DNA from: a virus
Lineage: Duplodnaviria > Caudoviricetes
DNA length: 26,124 bases
Reading direction: 5' to 3' (one strand)
IMG/VR virus record: IMGVR_UViG_3300032266_000445
Span: 1-26,124 of that record
Positions 22,071-26,124 of the stretch are shown in pieces; the stretch's first letter is position 1; each line of letters begins with the position of its first letter. The notes below the pieces were generated by a model. The model was not told the DNA's origin, did not search any database, and worked only from the letters and a program-made list of their open reading frames with translations. The position numbers and the translations under genes are program-made.

Positions 22071-23119
22071 CCTCAAGCATTGAAAGAGATGTTGAGAATG
22101 CTATTGCTCAAGCCTTAACCACGGCTGGGGTTACAGGTGTTAACATCTACACATCGGAACGCACCTCTGGACGGCTACTTCCGTTTGTCTCAATAGTAGC
22201 CTCAATTAAATCAGAAGAGATCGCTCCATTTACAGGAGTATTTGACCTCAACTGCACGATCACTTATGTAGCAAGAGCAGACACAATAAGCGATCAAGCC
22301 TACGATCAAAAGTTCGCAAGCATTCAACAGGCTTTTTATACCAATCCAAACTTAGCATCTCAGATGACCTCGGCTCAAAATGACTTAGAATTTTATATCG
22401 CAGACATCACAAGAGTTGGTCAAAGAATTATATCTACTTCACGAACTTGGGCTAGGGATGTTTTTATGGATGTAAAAGTGACTACAATTCAATCGCAGAT
22501 ACCTATTAGTGGTCTTTCTTTGTGGCTCAAATCTGATGCTGGAGTAACTCTTGATGGCTCAGATGTAACAGCTTGGGCAGACCAAAGCGGGAATGGAAAT
22601 AATGTTAGCGATGTAGTAAATATGCCCATGTTGGTCAATAACTTTATAAATGGGTATCCCGCAATTTATTTTAGAGGAACAGACTATTTATATAATTCAG
22701 GATTTACAACAGAAGGTGCGAATACATTTTTTAATGTTGTAAAATTCTTGTCTGGAAATCGTGTTTTTACAAGCATCAACACAAATATTTTGATAGGTTC
22801 TTATGGTGGTTATTCAAATAGAATGTATTATGCTGATGATTGGACTTATGAGGGAGATGAAAATTCTACGGATTGGAAATTAAATTCTGCATATTTTGGA
22901 CAAGGATCATCATTTTATCAAAATGGAATTTTACTTGGAACAAAAAGCGGAGAAAGTGGGCTGAATGGAATTTCAATAGGTGGGCATCCAAATTGGGAAA
23001 ATGGAGCAGGTACAGCAGAATGTTATCATGCAGAGGTTATAATGTATAATAGGCAACTAAGCGAAGTAGAACGCCAGCAAGTCGAAGCCTATCTAAATAC
23101 AAAATACGCTATTTACTAA
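22067..23119 (+). CDS. Tail-terminator-like domain fused to a concanavalin A/LamG-like domain
   Basis: N-terminal ~140 aa similar to 23121..23621; C-terminal GLSLWLKSDAGVT...VTAWADQSGNGNN...EVIMYNRQLSEVERQQVEAYLNTKY. Confidence 0.65.
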   Translation: MTSSIERDVENAIAQALTTAGVTGVNIYTSERTSGRLLPFVSIVASIKSEEIAPFTGVFDLNCTITYVARADTISDQAYDQKFASIQQAFYTNPNLASQMTSAQNDLEFYIADITRVGQRIISTSRTWARDVFMDVKVTTIQSQIPISGLSLWLKSDAGVTLDGSDVTAWADQSGNGNNVSDVVNMPMLVNNFINGYPAIYFRGTDYLYNSGFTTEGANTFFNVVKFLSGNRVFTSINTNILIGSYGGYSNRMYYADDWTYEGDENSTDWKLNSAYFGQGSSFYQNGILLGTKSGESGLNGISIGGHPNWENGAGTAECYHAEVIMYNRQLSEVERQQVEAYLNTKYAIY

Positions 23120-23120
23120 T

Positions 23121-23621
23121 ATGAGCCTTACGCAATCTCCAGATTACGAGCTAGAACACGCAGTTTTATCATTGATAAATGATTCAACTGATATAAATTG
23201 CTATGGCACAAACAGAATTGGAGCTAGGCTTTTCCCATATGTGGTTGTTTCAGCACAGCCAGTTCGTCAGCTTGTGACCCCATATAGCGGTGTTTATGAA
23301 ATGCAGGTATCCGTGGATTATTCAAATAGCTCTGCATTGATAAGCAAAGATGCTTTTGACGCTGAATATCTTAATATTTTCTCACATCTTTACGACAATT
23401 CAACAACTTTGGTGGCTCAAATCGAGTCTCATTCTGTTAATTTAAAGACTTACATGGCAAGGATTTCCTCACAAACTCCTACTATACAAATAGCTAAGAG
23501 AGCTTGGCAAAGAGGGCTTGTTATCACGGCTATATGCACTCCATCCACAACATCCCCAACAAACCTAAGAAGCCTTGACTTCAGCGACTATCTGAACTCT
23601 CAGTATCTTGGTTTAATTTGA
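23121..23621 (+). CDS. Tail-terminator-like protein, paralog of the N-terminal domain of the upstream gene
   Basis: Shared R.LP(F/Y)V, P(F/Y)(T/S)GV(F/Y), Y(I/M)A.I and R.W.R patterns; C-terminal LDFSDYLNSQYLGLI. Confidence 0.6.
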   Translation: MSLTQSPDYELEHAVLSLINDSTDINCYGTNRIGARLFPYVVVSAQPVRQLVTPYSGVYEMQVSVDYSNSSALISKDAFDAEYLNIFSHLYDNSTTLVAQIESHSVNLKTYMARISSQTPTIQIAKRAWQRGLVITAICTPSTTSPTNLRSLDFSDYLNSQYLGLI

Positions 23622-23623
23622 CA
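23618..23623 (+). promoter_or_regulatory. TTGACA motif 14 nt upstream of ATG 23638
   Basis: Overlaps the upstream TGA stop; a GAGGA is also present in the spacer. Confidence 0.5.
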
Positions 23624-23637
23624 CAGAGGATAGCTAT

Positions 23638-25032
23638 ATGGCACTCCCCATTTTAGACGGAAATCAATCCGCAACCACTCTAGCAACTACAATTTCTGGT
23701 GGGGCGCACTATCCTAATCACATTATAGCAAGTGCCGTCACCATCTCCTCTCTCCCCGCCATCTCTGGAGCAGTCACCATAGGAGCAGGGACGGCACAGA
23801 TTGGTTCTGTCACCGCATCCATTAGCGGGACGGTTCCCATCAGCATTTCTAGTGTCACGATTGGAAACAGCGTCACAATCTCCTCTCTTCCTGTTCAGCT
23901 ATCGACCACCACCATCGGCGGGACGGCTCGGCTCAATGTCACGCTTTCATCGGCAACCACGATTGGAGCAACGGCTCCTAGCTATGGGAATCTGTATGGT
24001 GGATCGGATGGAACCAACCTAAGAGCTATCAGCGTAGATACCTCTGGCCGTACGGTTGTAACTGGTGCAGTAAATGTTAATAAAAATAATTCTGACCTAA
24101 ATTTTACTGCCGTAACTTCTTTTCAATTTTCATCAGCATCAAATTCACCTACATTCTCGCTTTCAAACGCAACAACAGGGCAAACAATTTATTTTAATGG
24201 TGGTTTTGCTGGTAGTACTAACAATGTATATTCTTTGCAACACGGAACAGATACAGGAAGTAGCTTTGTCGGTGTTGTAACTATTCCTGTATATGAATTC
24301 AATTCCCTCACAACTTCAACAACCTTCTCAAATACTAATGGATTATATTTTCAATTCTTACCAAATTATAATTCACAATTTAGATTTTCAAAAATTTCTG
24401 GAACAGCAGGAACCAGTATAACAGCCAGCATATTTTCTGTAAATCAAGCAAACTATAATTTTGCAAATCCTGTTACTTTCAGTGCTGTTACAGGATCGGT
24501 CAGCATCCTCGGCACTCCATCTGTCACGATGGGAGCAATCTCTGGAACGGTGACGGTTGGGGTACTTCCATCGCTAACAACTAGTACTGATTTTATAGAT
24601 GTCGGGGCACAAATAGCCGAAGGCATAAATAATTTCTCAACTATCCCAGTAGCCGTAAATTGGCAGGATGCGATACAGGGACTAGGCGGTTTATCCGTTA
24701 ACGCCACTTGCGTCACATCCACAAACCGCATCGGAGCAGTCACCATCTATGCACAGCCATCAGGGGCTTTGACCACCCGCTTTGGCTCCGTGACTACTGC
24801 GAACACGGCGCAGATTACCACCGCCGTCACTAACACCTCCCGCAAGTATCTCCTCGCTCAAAATATATCAACTGGAACCGTTACGATTGGTATTGGCTTT
24901 TCCCCCACTACCACACAAGGCATTCAGCTAACGGCTGGAGCAGGGCTGACGTTTGATTCGTTCGTGCCCACAGGCGCAGTTTACTGGCTGGGAGCCACCA
25001 CAGGCGCGGCCTACACCATTCTCGAAGGGTAA
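23638..25032 (+). CDS. Fibre/spike-like virion protein with beta-repeats
   Basis: 464 aa, very T/S/G/A-rich; repeats VTISSLP, ISGxV, GAVTI; C-terminal RKYLLAQN...GIQLTAGA beta-domain. Confidence 0.7.
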   Translation: MALPILDGNQSATTLATTISGGAHYPNHIIASAVTISSLPAISGAVTIGAGTAQIGSVTASISGTVPISISSVTIGNSVTISSLPVQLSTTTIGGTARLNVTLSSATTIGATAPSYGNLYGGSDGTNLRAISVDTSGRTVVTGAVNVNKNNSDLNFTAVTSFQFSSASNSPTFSLSNATTGQTIYFNGGFAGSTNNVYSLQHGTDTGSSFVGVVTIPVYEFNSLTTSTTFSNTNGLYFQFLPNYNSQFRFSKISGTAGTSITASIFSVNQANYNFANPVTFSAVTGSVSILGTPSVTMGAISGTVTVGVLPSLTTSTDFIDVGAQIAEGINNFSTIPVAVNWQDAIQGLGGLSVNATCVTSTNRIGAVTIYAQPSGALTTRFGSVTTANTAQITTAVTNTSRKYLLAQNISTGTVTIGIGFSPTTTQGIQLTAGAGLTFDSFVPTGAVYWLGATTGAAYTILEG

Positions 25033-25035
25033 AAG

Positions 25036-25740
25036 ATGAGCGGCTTTTTTGGAGGAGGGGGGACGGCTTATTCCAATTTTACTGGAAGCTCGACAACTGT
25101 AACAGGAGCAAGCGGGTTAGTTCCTGCTCCTGCGGCTGGAAAGAACACAAGAGGATTATTTAGCGATGCTTCTTTTGCAGAAATCCCGCTGTTCCCTCAA
25201 TATAAGAACACCGCAGCTGGAGCATATATAGGGATGTGGAATCCATATCAAAATAACGGTGCTGGGTTTAGTGGGGCAAAAGTTAGAAATTTTATGCCAG
25301 TTTATGTCCCATCAGCAGGGCAAGTCGATAAACTAAGCTTTTATGTTTCAGCTGCAGGAACCCCAGCCGTTAATTGTCATATTGCCATGTGGGAATGTGG
25401 TGAGGACGGAATACCATCCACTTATGTAATAGGAGGAACAGGATCAACAGGAACAACGGCAAGCACAATTATTGATGTTTCTGTTACTGCAACAAATATA
25501 GTTCGTGGTTTTTATTATCTTTCATTGACGGCAGAAACACAAACAAACGTAACAATAAGAACGTCCTCACAACCTTTATTTCTTGAAAGCTTTGTTGGCT
25601 CAAACTCAGTGGCTGGACAGGGAAGCAGATATACATTTTATTATACAGCTACAACATATAACCAGACAACACACGAAACATTTACCGTTGGAGCACCAGC
25701 AAACACAATGTTTCCATGTATGTCATTCCAATACGTCTAA
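25036..25740 (+). CDS. Fibre/receptor-binding-like protein
   Basis: GASGLVPAPAAG fibre motif followed by an aromatic beta-sandwich-like domain. Confidence 0.6.
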   Translation: MSGFFGGGGTAYSNFTGSSTTVTGASGLVPAPAAGKNTRGLFSDASFAEIPLFPQYKNTAAGAYIGMWNPYQNNGAGFSGAKVRNFMPVYVPSAGQVDKLSFYVSAAGTPAVNCHIAMWECGEDGIPSTYVIGGTGSTGTTASTIIDVSVTATNIVRGFYYLSLTAETQTNVTIRTSSQPLFLESFVGSNSVAGQGSRYTFYYTATTYNQTTHETFTVGAPANTMFPCMSFQYV

Positions 25741-25743
25741 TAT

Positions 25744-26067
25744 ATGGGACATAAAACACTCCACCACAACCTAGACGGAACATCATTCTTTGAGGACACC
25801 CGCACCATCGAAGAAGCCCATCAAGAAAACCTAACCCGCATCCGTGAGCTTGTGACGGCCAAGATCACCGAGGCTGGGTATGATGAGGTATGGCAACGCA
25901 ACGCCGCTTTGGGCGTTTTGACTAATTTAGAGGTCGAGCAAGGCCGTGAGTTTATTGCTAACCTGCGATCCGCTTATCACGATTATAAGGCAAGATTGCT
26001 CGCAAGCACTAGGGATGAGGCAGATTCGGTGCAGTTTGTGGCTCCAAATGTTACAGAGGGATTGTGA
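25744..26067 (+). CDS. Putative fibre assembly/chaperone-like helical protein
   Basis: 107 aa, helical, directly downstream of fibre genes (WQRNAALG...FIANLRSAY). Confidence 0.5.
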   Translation: MGHKTLHHNLDGTSFFEDTRTIEEAHQENLTRIRELVTAKITEAGYDEVWQRNAALGVLTNLEVEQGREFIANLRSAYHDYKARLLASTRDEADSVQFVAPNVTEGL

Positions 26068-26124
26068 AGTACACATACTCAGATTTTATTGCCAGCTTGA
26101 AATACCTTGAAGATGAAGGATATA
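26064..26124 (+). CDS. Partial ORF running off the window
   Basis: GTGA overlap with the upstream stop; open to the end (MKYTYSDFIASLKYLEDEGY...). Confidence 0.45.
   Translation, partial: MKYTYSDFIASLKYLEDEGY

Larger units (their letters stand above)
1..26124 (+). mobile_element. Tailed phage/prophage genome segment (packaging, head, virion modification, neck and fibre genes)
   Basis: Colinear terminase small/large, gpW-like, lambda-type portal, prohead protease, decoration and major capsid genes. Dense, often ATGA/GTGA-coupled ORFs. No host housekeeping genes, integrase or att site in the window. Confidence 0.97.

Noticed and set aside
22500-25740. Diversity-generating retroelement target in the lectin or fibre genes
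   Set aside because: No reverse transcriptase and no template/variable repeat pair seen in the window.
1-26124. tRNA, rRNA, integrase/att site, introns or inteins in terL, portal or capsid
   Set aside because: None recognised by eye; core gene lengths are normal. A covariance-model scan was not possible.

Overview
The window is a 26 kb piece of a tailed dsDNA phage or prophage (Caudoviricetes) with a lambda-type packaging and head module. In order it carries: small terminase, a ParB-like gene, a probably degenerate methyltransferase, GpA-type large terminase, a gpW-like gene, a ferritin-like (DUF5856-type) gene, portal, a 1139-aa polyprotein, an inserted cassette of small early-type genes with strong sigma70-like promoters, prohead protease/scaffold, decoration protein, major capsid, a four-gene glycosylation/modification operon, head-tail/tail-terminator-like genes and fibre genes. 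The most striking element is the polyprotein behind the portal (7043-10462). Four copies of a peptide tag, YDPxQxRDxxG(R/K)W followed by a Gly run, divide it into five modules: Cys-rich, amphipathic, SAM-lyase-like, ADP-ribosyltransferase-fold and zeta-toxin-like kinase. Two small unannotated ORFs with their own RBSs overlap the ends of the SAM-lyase-like and zeta modules in the +1 frame. This suggests a capsid-packaged, protease-processed effector array with overlapping antidote genes (inference). A second unexplained signal is TTGACA lying only 13-17 nt upstream of the start codons of six structural-type genes. All family assignments come from motif recognition by eye; no database searches were run.
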